A DNA stretch of 64,000 nucleotides, taken from contig JAWCLG010000002.1 in the NCBI GenBank assembly GCA_038851075.1, positions 1-64,000 on the forward strand, in the 5' to 3' direction. This document shows positions 1-8,891 of this stretch, one piece after another; the first letter of the stretch is position 1, and each line of letters begins with the position of its first letter. The notes beneath the pieces are model-generated. The model was not told the DNA's origin and searched no databases. It saw only the letters and a list, made by a program, of their open reading frames with translations. Position numbers and translations under genes: made by a program. Source of the stretch: Candidatus Hadarchaeales archaeon. GTDB taxonomy: Archaea; Hadarchaeota; Hadarchaeia; Hadarchaeales; Hadarchaeaceae.

Positions 1-2
1 CG

Positions 3-1697
3 ATAGGTGAGGCCTCACGCCTGCTCGACGAGGGCCGGATACTCGCCGTGAAGGGAATAGGGGGGGTGCACATAGCATGCGGGACGACAGACGACGGGCC
101 CATAGCCAGGCTGAGGAGAACCTTCAACCGTCCACAGCAACCGTTCGCGGTGATGTCAAGGGACGTTGAGACCGTGAGGAGCTTTGCCGAGATCACCCCC
201 CAGGAGGAGAAACTTCTGACATCCTACAGAAGACCGATTGTTCTCCTGCGGAAGCGCGATGATTTCCCGCTCTCTGAGCTCGTCTCACCTGGTCTGGACA
301 CGGTCGGGGTGATGCTTCCATACTCCGGCATCCACCACCTCCTGCTGAGGCGGTGCGGGGGTCCGGCGTACGTGATGACGAGCGCAAACATCTCTGGGCT
401 TCCCATGATAATCGATAACGCTCAGGCGCTCTCCGAACTCCGGGGCAAGGTTGACTATCTTCTCCTCCATAACAGGAGGATAGCGAACAGGTGCGATGAC
501 TCCGTGGTGAAGGTGGTTGACGGGCGCACGGCATTCATACGCAGGTCAAGGGGGTACGTTCCCGAGCCGGTTTACCTGAAGTTCTCCTCTGACAAAAACA
601 TTCTCGCGCTGGGGGCTGAGTTCAACGTCACTTCCTCCCTCCTGACCGGAAACAGGTGCTTCGTCTCGCAGCACATAGGGGATGCGGAAAAGCTGGAGAC
701 TCTGGAATACCTGAGGAGCGCATCGAACCATCTAAGCTCGCTTCTGGGCATAGACAGGGTTGGCGTCATAGCCCACGATCTCCACCCCAACTACGCAACC
801 ACCCGCCTCGCGAGGAGGATGGGAACCGAGCTGGGAGTTCCCACGGTCCCGGTTCAGCACCACCACGCCCACCTCTGCGCCCTGATGGCCGAGCATGGTC
901 TGGAGGAGATCGTGGGAGTAGCTGCAGATGGAGTCGGATATGGAGAAGATGGAACTGCCTGGGGGGGAGAGGTGATGTTCGCTGACTTTACCTCCTACAG
1001 GAGGACCGGAGGCCTGAAAAAGCAGAGAATGCCGGGAGGGGATCTGGCCGCGATTTATCCTGCAAGGATGGTCGCCGGAATGCTCTGGGATGTGATGGAT
1101 GAAAATGAGATAAGGAGGGTACTGATCGAAAGGTGCGGCGGTTGGTTGAGAAGAGGAGAACTCGAGGCCAACGCCGTCCTGAGACAACTGGAGACCAACC
1201 TGAACGTTCACTGGACTACCGGATGCGGCAGGGTGCTCGATGCGATATCCTGCGCGCTGGGAATATGCGGTGAGAGGACATATGAGGGCGAGCCGGCAAT
1301 CAAGCTGGAGGCGGTTGCAGCATCGGGGGACCCAGAATTGGCGAGGATTGACCCGGAGCTTACGAAGGAGGATGGAAAAACGGTTCTTGACACATCGAAG
1401 CTGCTTTTGGACGTTATAGAGCACCTCGAGAAAAAAACTCCGGTGAAGCACATCGCGGCCGCCGCGCACATTGCGATAGCTGGGGGGCTGGCCGAGGTAG
1501 CGGTTGAGGCGGCCGAGCAGCGAGGAACGAAGGATGTGGGAGCCTCCGGCGGCGTCTTCTACAACAGGATAATAACGAGGGTGCTGCGGGAAGATGTGGA
1601 GAGGAACGGCCTCAGATTCCTCAGGCACGAACTTCTTCCGTGCGGCGACGGGTGCATCTCTGTAGGTCAGGCGATCTCTGCGGCGAAACGCGTTTGA
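3..1697 (+). CDS. hypF: Hydrogenase maturation carbamoyltransferase HypF (5'-truncated by window)
   Basis: Frame open from nt 3 (IGEASRLLDEGRILAVKGIGG); motifs VMTSAN, NRCDDSV, RRSRGYVP, SQHIGD, HDLHPNY, QHHHAH, GDGCISVGQ. Confidence 0.95.
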   Translation: MGEASRLLDEGRILAVKGIGGVHIACGTTDDGPIARLRRTFNRPQQPFAVMSRDVETVRSFAEITPQEEKLLTSYRRPIVLLRKRDDFPLSELVSPGLDTVGVMLPYSGIHHLLLRRCGGPAYVMTSANISGLPMIIDNAQALSELRGKVDYLLLHNRRIANRCDDSVVKVVDGRTAFIRRSRGYVPEPVYLKFSSDKNILALGAEFNVTSSLLTGNRCFVSQHIGDAEKLETLEYLRSASNHLSSLLGIDRVGVIAHDLHPNYATTRLARRMGTELGVPTVPVQHHHAHLCALMAEHGLEEIVGVAADGVGYGEDGTAWGGEVMFADFTSYRRTGGLKKQRMPGGDLAAIYPARMVAGMLWDVMDENEIRRVLIERCGGWLRRGELEANAVLRQLETNLNVHWTTGCGRVLDAISCALGICGERTYEGEPAIKLEAVAASGDPELARIDPELTKEDGKTVLDTSKLLLDVIEHLEKKTPVKHIAAAAHIAIAGGLAEVAVEAAEQRGTKDVGASGGVFYNRIITRVLREDVERNGLRFLRHELLPCGDGCISVGQAISAAKRV

Positions 1698-1704
1698 CCT
1701 GCGC

Positions 1705-2295
1705 TTAGAGCACCTGCAGGATAAAAAGAAAGGTATTGTAGGAGGAATGCGCCAGTATCGCCCCTCCCAGACCGACCCTCAGGTAGCACAGACCGAGAAG
1801 AACGCCGCACGGTATCATCGGAATCACGTAAGCAGCATACGTTCCCGGATTGGTCAGGTGAAAAGCCGCAAAAGATAGGGTGGAAACCGCAAGCGCAAGC
1901 GCTGTTGACCTGCTGAGGCGCTTCACCTCATCTATAACTATCCCCCTGAATATCCACTCCTCGAATATGGGGACGAGGTTCACCGTCAGCAGCATCAGCA
2001 CCGGATAATCCATCATCTTCACAAAGGGGAACTCCTCCGGAGAGTACATCTCGACTCCGGAGGAAAGAAGGAGATTGCCCAGCTGGATGGAGATGAAAAG
2101 TGAAAACAGAGCGACTGAAAGGGACAGCGCTATCAGCTCAATCCACTTCCTCCTCCCCATGGACTTTGCCTTCGGGATCCAGACTTTCGGCTTGATCCTC
2201 CTTATGTGCACCGGCCTCCTCGCAAGAACCCATCCCAGCAGCAGACCGAGCGCTACACCGGGCACTATGACTCTCAGCAGATCCGCCCAGAGCAA
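1705..2295 (-). CDS. CPBP (CAAX/Abi) family intramembrane metalloprotease
   Basis: PIFEEWIFRG, FAAFH and ILAHSSYN motifs; several TM segments. Confidence 0.9.
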   Translation of the reverse strand: MLWADLLRVIVPGVALGLLLGWVLARRPVHIRRIKPKVWIPKAKSMGRRKWIELIALSLSVALFSLFISIQLGNLLLSSGVEMYSPEEFPFVKMMDYPVLMLLTVNLVPIFEEWIFRGIVIDEVKRLSRSTALALAVSTLSFAAFHLTNPGTYAAYVIPMIPCGVLLGLCYLRVGLGGAILAHSSYNTFLFILQVL

Positions 2296-2308
2296 AAAAA
2301 CACCCGAT

Positions 2309-2512
2309 TCACCGCTTGGACCGAACGTTTATCGTCCATACGGTGGTGTTTCCTGACGTTCTCTTCTCGACTTTGCCCTCGGACATCAGCCGGAACAGAT
2401 CCACTCTGAGCCTGACAACGTCGGCTCCTATTCTGCTTGAGAGTTCCTCTATCGTCATCGGAGTTCCGGACTCCCTGAGGGCCTTGAGTATCGCTTCCCT
2501 CTGCACGTTCAT
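2309..2512 (-). CDS. Small winged-helix DNA-binding protein
   Basis: ILKALRESGTPMTIEELSSRIG...LFRLMSEGKVEK...VWTI pattern; ATGA overlap with upstream gene. Confidence 0.75.
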   Translation of the reverse strand: MNVQREAILKALRESGTPMTIEELSSRIGADVVRLRVDLFRLMSEGKVEKRTSGNTTVWTINVRSKR

Positions 2513-2829
2513 CCCTCCTTCAGTTTTTTCAGCAGATCTAGAGCTGAGTTTATCCTCTCCAGTATCTCCAGCGTTTTTTCGTGGTCGGTCTCATTTGCGA
2601 GCTGCTCCGCCAGTGACTCTATCTTTGAGCGCAGCACAGCCTCCAGCCTTTCGGTTGGCGGCGCCTCCCCTTTCCCTGGCTCAGGCCTAGTTTCACCGCC
2701 GCACACCGGGCACGTGATAATGCCCTTGTAATCAAATAGAGGGCTCATGCACTTTCCGCAGTGTATTCCCAGCATCTTACCACCGGCCATCAGCATGTCA
2801 ACAACCTTCGGCATGTCCTCTTCTTTCAT
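2509..2829 (-). CDS. UPF0148 / Sjogren autoantigen-1 family Zn-ribbon protein
   Basis: GGKMLGIHCGKCMSPLF...CPVC followed by a helical C-terminus. Confidence 0.85.
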   Translation of the reverse strand: MKEEDMPKVVDMLMAGGKMLGIHCGKCMSPLFDYKGIITCPVCGGETRPEPGKGEAPPTERLEAVLRSKIESLAEQLANETDHEKTLEILERINSALDLLKKLKEG

Positions 2830-2900
2830 ACCACCACAAAAACCTTATGAGCCTCCCATCTTAAGATTACCTGGATTGGAGATGCCAAGGAGGGTACCGC

Positions 2901-3152
2901 ATGACAGAGGCCCAGTTAAAACAGGTGGTGGGGATAATGACGAGAATATCGGAGGACACATCGGTACCGCGGAACATAAGGAGGGTTGCCAGTGATGCCA
3001 GAGAGATTCTGCTCAACGGGAAAGAAGATCTAGGGGTGAGAGCCGCTTCTGCAAGGATAGCGATAGAGGAGATAAGCAACGACCCGAACATGCCGGTACA
3101 GGCCAGGACTCTGATATGGAACGCACTCAGCATTCTTGAGACCATAAGGTAG
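2901..3152 (+). CDS. UPF0147 family protein
   Basis: DTSVPRNIRR and EEISNDPNMP..ARTLIWN motifs. Confidence 0.9.
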   Translation: MTEAQLKQVVGIMTRISEDTSVPRNIRRVASDAREILLNGKEDLGVRAASARIAIEEISNDPNMPVQARTLIWNALSILETIR

Positions 3153-3237
3153 ATTGATCATGTCCCCACCGATCAGGAGATAAATGTCAGGAGGGAAGGT
3201 GGTTTAGCTGGAACCAGATGTCGCCGAATTCTTCGAT

Positions 3238-3534
3238 ATGATCAGGAGGAGAGACCTAAAAAAGGCGAGGGAGTGGCTGGACGGCTTCAGGGCCTCGATA
3301 CAACAGTGGGATGATTTTAAGAAAGGCTATGCGCTCGCGCTGAACGGTTTGGTGGCCGCGCTCAACGGTGGGGGGGAGGACTCCCTAGTGAAAATGGTGC
3401 TGGAAGGCAAGAGCGACATAAACAAGATCGTGCGGGATATCAACGAGAGATTATCGCTCGGATTCAGGCCAAAAGACGAACAGGGATTTGACAGGGCCTG
3501 GCTCGATTTTCTCGAAAACCTGAGAAAAAAGTAA
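3238..3534 (+). CDS. Hypothetical protein (start may be CTG at 3208)
   Basis: Fills the intergenic gap; helical protein-like composition; SD-like GGTGG before CTG 3208. Confidence 0.65.
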   Translation: MIRRRDLKKAREWLDGFRASIQQWDDFKKGYALALNGLVAALNGGGEDSLVKMVLEGKSDINKIVRDINERLSLGFRPKDEQGFDRAWLDFLENLRKK

Positions 3535-4119
3535 CTATATCGTGGCGTGTCGGGCCCTGAGTTCGTCCTCCTTTCTGCCAAGCTTCACCATGAGGCTGGC
3601 GATCACGCTGTCCAGGAACACCAGAGACGATATCTCGAACAGCGTCCCGAGAGGTGTCAGAGATGCGTACTCCCCTGCGAGTTCTCTTCTCATGTACGTC
3701 GGGGTTCTCGCCACCTTCTTCCTCCCCGGGATTATCACCGTAAGGTCGGAAAGCCTGGAAAGGCTCGAGTTTGGATAGGATGTTATTCCGACTATCTTGG
3801 CCCCGACCTTCTTCGCAACCTTGGCTGCCTGTACGACGAGGTCGGTTTCGCCTGATCCAGAAACGGCGACGAGCACATCGCCAACTCTTATTGCTGGAGT
3901 AATGGTCTCGCCAACGACGTATACATCGAGATCGAGATGCATGAGGCGCATGGCAAACGCCTTGACCACAAGTCCGGAGCGTCCCGCCCCAACGGCAAAA
4001 ACGCGTCTGGCGCTCAGCAGCACCTTTATGAAACTCTCAACCTGACTCCTGCTCAGCTTCCTGGCTGTGGATGTGAGGTGCTGCGTTATCTCGTCCATGG
4101 CCCTGCGTGTTTCTCGCAT
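3535..4119 (-). CDS. hxlB: 6-phospho-3-hexuloisomerase (SIS domain)
   Basis: GAGRSGLVVKAFAMRLMHL, VVGETITP, SGSGET, PLGTLFE. Confidence 0.92.
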   Translation of the reverse strand: MRETRRAMDEITQHLTSTARKLSRSQVESFIKVLLSARRVFAVGAGRSGLVVKAFAMRLMHLDLDVYVVGETITPAIRVGDVLVAVSGSGETDLVVQAAKVAKKVGAKIVGITSYPNSSLSRLSDLTVIIPGRKKVARTPTYMRRELAGEYASLTPLGTLFEISSLVFLDSVIASLMVKLGRKEDELRARHATI

Positions 4120-4233
4120 GCCCTCACACTCAAGACTTCACACGGTAACTTTAAAGTTTACTGTTACTCCCGCCAGGGCTGGAACCTGGAAACATTTTAT
4201 ACTTTTCACCGTCAGTAGCACTGAGGAGGACAG

Positions 4234-6189
4234 ATGCTGCATTTCCTTGGATTTATAATTATCACCATCGGAGCTGCGATGATCGCTCCGGCCATCATTG
4301 CGCCTATCGTCGGAGAGACGCACCTGATCCCGGTTTTTTTGGGACCCGCGGCAGCCGCGATCTTGATAGGAGTTTATCTCAGAAAGAGATACGGGCCGTC
4401 CGAACTTTCCCTCGGAAACGCCATGGTCGCAGTAACCGCCGCATGGCTCATATGCTCCGCCTTCAGCTCCGTACCCTACATGCTCGGGGCTGGGATGCCG
4501 GTCGAGGACGCCTACTTCGAAAGCGTTTCCGGATTCACGGCAACGGGCCTTACAATGATCTCCTGCGATCCTGTTGCGAACCACATCGTTATAAGCGAGG
4601 TAGGGTTCCTCCCTGACCCCGAAAACGGATACATAGAGCTGTACAACCCGACCGGCTCCAAGGTAAACATATCGGGGCTCAAAGTTTGGACCGTTGACAG
4701 CTCCGGAGCTCTGACCGAACTAAACATGAGCTGGAACAGTGACTCAATTCAGCCCTATGGTTATTTTCTGATAAGCAGCGGGAGGGATAACGCTTCTGAC
4801 GCTGTGTTCAGCGGTGAACTCACATCCAAGATTGGGATTGTTATCGGATGGGGGTCTCCGGAGAACGCTGCCGACAGAATAATCTGGGGGGCTGAAACTG
4901 CGGGGGTCGGTGCAGGCGACGCCCTAAACGTGGTGCCATCTCCCGGTGACAGTTTCGAGAGAAAGGCGCTTGGAGCCTCAAACTCCAGCAGTATGAGGGA
5001 TAGGGACAATCTGAAGGGAAACGGATTCTGCACCGGAGCGAACTCCGACTTTGTATACCACTTTGGGTATCAAAATCCGCAGGGATCCAGAAGCGCGCCC
5101 GAAGCTCCGGTTATAAACATCGCGATGACCCCGAAATCCATACTTTTCTGGAGGAGCTTCACACAGTGGATCGGAGGTCTCGGCGTTGTGGTTCTGTTCC
5201 TTGCGGCGGTGATAGGTTTCGGTAAAGCTGCCAGAAAGTTCTACGTGGCTGAGGCAAGGGCGGAACTGCTGGAGCCGAGCATAAAGGACACCGTGAGATC
5301 TCTCTGGAAGATATATATCATACTCACGGTCATCGGGGCTGTGGGCCTTTACGTAACATCGCTTCCGAGAGCATCCATCTTCGAGGCTGTGAACCATGCC
5401 ATGACCGGGATCGCGACTGGCGGATTCTCTGTAAGAAATGATTCATTCGCATCATACGGTATCTCAGCTTGGGCGGTTATGATACTCGTGATGATGGCTG
5501 GTGCTATAAGCTTCGCTGTGCACAGGAAGTGGATGTCAAGGAGATTCGGGGAGGTTCTGAAAAACATTGAAGTAAGGCTTATGATATGCATAATAATCTT
5601 CGCAACCATAATGCTTTCAATAAGCGTCAGCGTCGGGGATGCAATCTTCCAGTCAACGTCAGCGCTGACCGGTACTGGTTTTTCCACAACGAACATAGCC
5701 GGATGGAACGACGCCTCAAAGTCACTGCTGACCCTCCTGATGATAGTAGGAGGTGGGTATGGATCCACATCCAGTGCTCTGAAGCTCATCAGGGTGATCA
5801 TAATTGGAAAGTCCGTGTACTGGCTGCTCAGGAGAAGTTTCCTGCCAGAAAGGGCGGTGTACCCTATGAAAATCTCTGGAAAGGAGTACAGCGAGAAGGA
5901 AATGATGGAAACGACTCTCTACGCCCTGGTATATATAATCGTGCTTATAGTCGGCGCGGTTGTCCTTATCTCCCTCGGGTACGGGCTCGTTGACTCGCTG
6001 TTCGAATCCGCCTCCGCCCAGGGCAACGTGGGGCTATCCACAGGAATAACCTCCCAGCTGATGCCGCTTGCCGGAAAGGTAACCCTGACTGTCCAGATGA
6101 TCATGGGAAGGCTTGAGATAATACCTGTGATAGCATTCATGGGATATCTGCTTTCTAAGGTACCTCGCCCTGGTCCGAAGCCCGTCTAG
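4234..6189 (+). CDS. trkH: TrkH-family K+ uptake membrane protein with inserted lamin-tail-like domain
   Basis: Four pore motifs (FTATGLT, ATGGFS, TGTGFS, GNVGLS), FWRSFTQWIGGLG, MGRLEIIP; soluble insert at aa ~111-296. Confidence 0.92.
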   Translation: MLHFLGFIIITIGAAMIAPAIIAPIVGETHLIPVFLGPAAAAILIGVYLRKRYGPSELSLGNAMVAVTAAWLICSAFSSVPYMLGAGMPVEDAYFESVSGFTATGLTMISCDPVANHIVISEVGFLPDPENGYIELYNPTGSKVNISGLKVWTVDSSGALTELNMSWNSDSIQPYGYFLISSGRDNASDAVFSGELTSKIGIVIGWGSPENAADRIIWGAETAGVGAGDALNVVPSPGDSFERKALGASNSSSMRDRDNLKGNGFCTGANSDFVYHFGYQNPQGSRSAPEAPVINIAMTPKSILFWRSFTQWIGGLGVVVLFLAAVIGFGKAARKFYVAEARAELLEPSIKDTVRSLWKIYIILTVIGAVGLYVTSLPRASIFEAVNHAMTGIATGGFSVRNDSFASYGISAWAVMILVMMAGAISFAVHRKWMSRRFGEVLKNIEVRLMICIIIFATIMLSISVSVGDAIFQSTSALTGTGFSTTNIAGWNDASKSLLTLLMIVGGGYGSTSSALKLIRVIIIGKSVYWLLRRSFLPERAVYPMKISGKEYSEKEMMETTLYALVYIIVLIVGAVVLISLGYGLVDSLFESASAQGNVGLSTGITSQLMPLAGKVTLTVQMIMGRLEIIPVIAFMGYLLSKVPRPGPKPV

Positions 6190-6769
6190 CCGGAGGCCTT
6201 ACGAATATCCTGTATTTATCGTCCCCGCGTATCTCGCTCTCTATTCTCCGGGCCACGAGCGACTTTGGATTTATCAGTCCCTTTATCCTGTTCTCCAGGT
6301 CATTAAAATCTGAGAATGGCTTCTTATTTCTCTCCTCGATTATCGCCCACATCAGTTTCTTTCCTATGCCCGGAATCAGCTCAAGCTGGTGAAATCTGGT
6401 AGTCAGTGGGGCGGCGCGGTTGAAGAACTCCACGAACCTCTCCGGGCGCTCGTTTATCAGCTCCTCTATCGCGGATGGAAGCTCAGCCTTTGCGGCGGCC
6501 GTGAGCTCATCGTATCCGATCCTGCGCTTTATCCTGTCGACCTTGTCCCTTTCTCCCTTTCCTATGAAGACCATCTCATGTGGGGAGAAGGTCACTCCCT
6601 CCCGAGGAACTACCTCCAGAAGCGTGAAGAACGCGTCACCTAGTATCTGCGCCACTGGCTCCCTGAGGTGAACAGGCCTGGGGTCTCCTGGGTTGCCCTG
6701 GGGGAGGAAATCTAGCACTATTCCCCTGTCCTCATATTTTTTATCCAGAAATATCGCCTCCGTGCTCAA
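6155..6769 (-). CDS. DUF655 family nucleic-acid-binding protein
   Basis: LDFLPQG, FTLLE, HQLELIPGIGKK (HhH); conserved position after rpoF. Confidence 0.92.
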   Translation of the reverse strand: MSTEAIFLDKKYEDRGIVLDFLPQGNPGDPRPVHLREPVAQILGDAFFTLLEVVPREGVTFSPHEMVFIGKGERDKVDRIKRRIGYDELTAAAKAELPSAIEELINERPERFVEFFNRAAPLTTRFHQLELIPGIGKKLMWAIIEERNKKPFSDFNDLENRIKGLINPKSLVARRIESEIRGDDKYRIFVRPPARRASDQGEVP

Positions 6770-6775
6770 CGGATT

Positions 6776-7111
6776 TTATTTCCTGTAACCGTCAAGAATT
6801 TCCAGCACCTTTTTCGCGTCCTCTTCACCGAGCTTTGCCCTCTCCTTTGAAAAGATGAGATCGATTTCCTCCTTACTCTCAGGCATGAAATCCATGAGCA
6901 TGACGGCCTGATGCTCCTTCAGCCCCATCTCCAGCAGCTTCGCCATGAGATCATCCGCCTTTTTCTGGTCAAGCTTCGCGAACTTTTGAGCGTAGTCATA
7001 CGTGAGTCTCTGAGAGTAATCCAAGTCCCCCTCCTTCTTTTTCTTTTCCAGGATTTCCTTAACCTTCGAAAGGGTAACGTGTCTCTCTCCAACAACCCTC
7101 TTTCCGATCAT
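6776..7111 (-). CDS. rpo4: RNA polymerase subunit Rpo4 (F)
   Basis: MIGKRVVGE..VTLSKVKEIL, YSQRLTYDYAQKF; synteny rpl21e-rpoF-DUF655. Confidence 0.93.
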   Translation of the reverse strand: MIGKRVVGERHVTLSKVKEILEKKKKEGDLDYSQRLTYDYAQKFAKLDQKKADDLMAKLLEMGLKEHQAVMLMDFMPESKEEIDLIFSKERAKLGEEDAKKVLEILDGYRK

Positions 7112-7404
7112 GCTGACACCATCCTCAAATGCTCAGGTCTGGATATAATTATTTTCTCCTTTTCCCCGTCCCTCAGACTTACCAGATACGCCCTCCCTCT
7201 CCTCCCGGTGACCACAGCGGTCCTTCCGTGATAACGGTGGTGGGGCTGCCCCTTTATAACTGCCGGGTTTATCATTATCGTCACCCTTGCGCCAACAGGG
7301 AACTCCCTTACCGACCTGCTCGGAGGATGGAGTCCCCTCTCGCGGGGGTACTTTGTTAGCTTCCTCCGGCTCTTGCTTCTGAGCCCCTTTGACCTCCTAG
7401 CCAT
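7108..7404 (-). CDS. rpl21e: 50S ribosomal protein L21e
   Basis: RSKGLRSKSRRKL, KGQPHHRYHGRT, RPEHL. Confidence 0.96.
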   Translation of the reverse strand: MARRSKGLRSKSRRKLTKYPRERGLHPPSRSVREFPVGARVTIMINPAVIKGQPHHRYHGRTAVVTGRRGRAYLVSLRDGEKEKIIISRPEHLRMVSA

Positions 7405-7441
7405 TCCACTCACCTACACAAAAGTTAAACCGGCTGTACAT

Positions 7442-8824
7442 TTAAGACGTTTTCCTGCCCCCGGAAACGCGGTGCCCTGCCCCGCCACCCTTCATGAGCT
7501 TTCCAAGCTGTCCGAGCTTCAATCCCCTCCCCCTGCCAAACGCCTTCACCATCCTCTTCACCAGCTCGTACTGCTTCAGCAGTTCCCTGACATCAGCCTC
7601 TGTCGATCCCGATCCTCTGGCTATTCTTCTTATCCTGGACGAATTTATTATCTTTGGATCGTCCAGCTCCTCTGGCGTCATTGACTGCATTATGACCTTG
7701 AAGCGCTTCAGCTTCTCCTCGCCAACCCTCATCTGCTCATCAGGGATGGAGGCGCCAACTCCAGGAAGCATCTGCACGACCTTTTTGAGAGGGCCCATCT
7801 TGCTCATCGCCTCGAGCTGATTGTATACGTCCCTGAGGGTGAGCCTGCCGCTCATTATAGCCCTGGCGTCCGCATCCTTCATCTCCGTTTCCTCCATGAC
7901 GTCCTTGATCTTCTTCAGCAGCGTCTCCAGGTCGCCCATTCCCAGCAGCCTGGCAACGAAGCGCTCCGGGACGAAGGGTTCTATGTCGTCCAGGTGCTCC
8001 CCGACCCCTATGAACTCTATTGGAGAACCGGTGGCAGCCACAGCGGACAGCGCACCTCCCCCCTTGGCGGTGCCGTCCAGCTTGGTGACCATTATGCCTC
8101 CGATCTCGGTGGCATTCTTGAAAGCGATCGCCTGCTCCTTCGCCTGCTGCCCTATGGTTCCATCCACCACCAGAATCACCTTGTCCGGACTGACGGCTTT
8201 CGCTATCTGCTCCATTTCAACCATTAGCTCCTCCTCCCTTCTGTGCCTCCCTGCTGTGTCAACTAGGATCAGCTCCATTTTTTCATCCCTCATGCGCCTG
8301 ACACCGTCCGAGGCGAGTTTCACCGGGTCCTTCGCCTCTGGATCGCCGAAAACCTCGACCCCGGTCTGACCGCAGAGCTGGATCATCTGTTCGTAAGCGC
8401 CAGGTCTGAACGTATCGGCGCATATCACCCCAACCCTGAATCCCTTCTTCCGGAAATATTTCGCCAGCTTTGCAACCGAGGTGGTCTTACCGGAGCCCTG
8501 CAGCCCAACCATGAGCACGACCTTCGTCCTGCCGGGTTCTGGCGAGAAGGAGGACGGCTGGCCCAGAAACCTGGACAGCTCCTCGTAGACTATCTTTATC
8601 ACGTGCTCCTTCCTGCTCATGCCCGGAAGCAGCTTTTCCTCAAGCGCCCTCTTCTCTATGTTTTTTCCGAGGGAGAAGACCAGCTCGACGTTGACGTCGG
8701 CCTGAAGGAGCGCCCTCTGAAGCTCCCTGACGAGCTCCTTTATCTCCTGCTCACCAACATGGGATGACCTGGCTATCCTGCCTATGGCCCCCTGCAGGGC
8801 CTTTCCAAGCCTCTCAAGCACCAT
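7442..8824 (-). CDS. srp54: Signal recognition particle protein SRP54
   Basis: GLQGSGKTT, DTFRPGA, DTAGRH, TKLDGTAKGGGALS, Met-rich M domain. Confidence 0.97.
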   Translation of the reverse strand: MVLERLGKALQGAIGRIARSSHVGEQEIKELVRELQRALLQADVNVELVFSLGKNIEKRALEEKLLPGMSRKEHVIKIVYEELSRFLGQPSSFSPEPGRTKVVLMVGLQGSGKTTSVAKLAKYFRKKGFRVGVICADTFRPGAYEQMIQLCGQTGVEVFGDPEAKDPVKLASDGVRRMRDEKMELILVDTAGRHRREEELMVEMEQIAKAVSPDKVILVVDGTIGQQAKEQAIAFKNATEIGGIMVTKLDGTAKGGGALSAVAATGSPIEFIGVGEHLDDIEPFVPERFVARLLGMGDLETLLKKIKDVMEETEMKDADARAIMSGRLTLRDVYNQLEAMSKMGPLKKVVQMLPGVGASIPDEQMRVGEEKLKRFKVIMQSMTPEELDDPKIINSSRIRRIARGSGSTEADVRELLKQYELVKRMVKAFGRGRGLKLGQLGKLMKGGGAGHRVSGGRKTS

Positions 8825-8891
8825 AAAACCAGATTCATACTAATTCGCCAGAGTTAAATAGGATGTTTCTATGAGTAATTGAGGTGCGCAA

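Noticed and set aside
4564-5121. TrkH insert as an intein (it begins with Cys)
   Set aside because: No terminal His-Asn followed by C/S/T, and no intein block B or LAGLIDADG motifs; the sequence looks LTD-like
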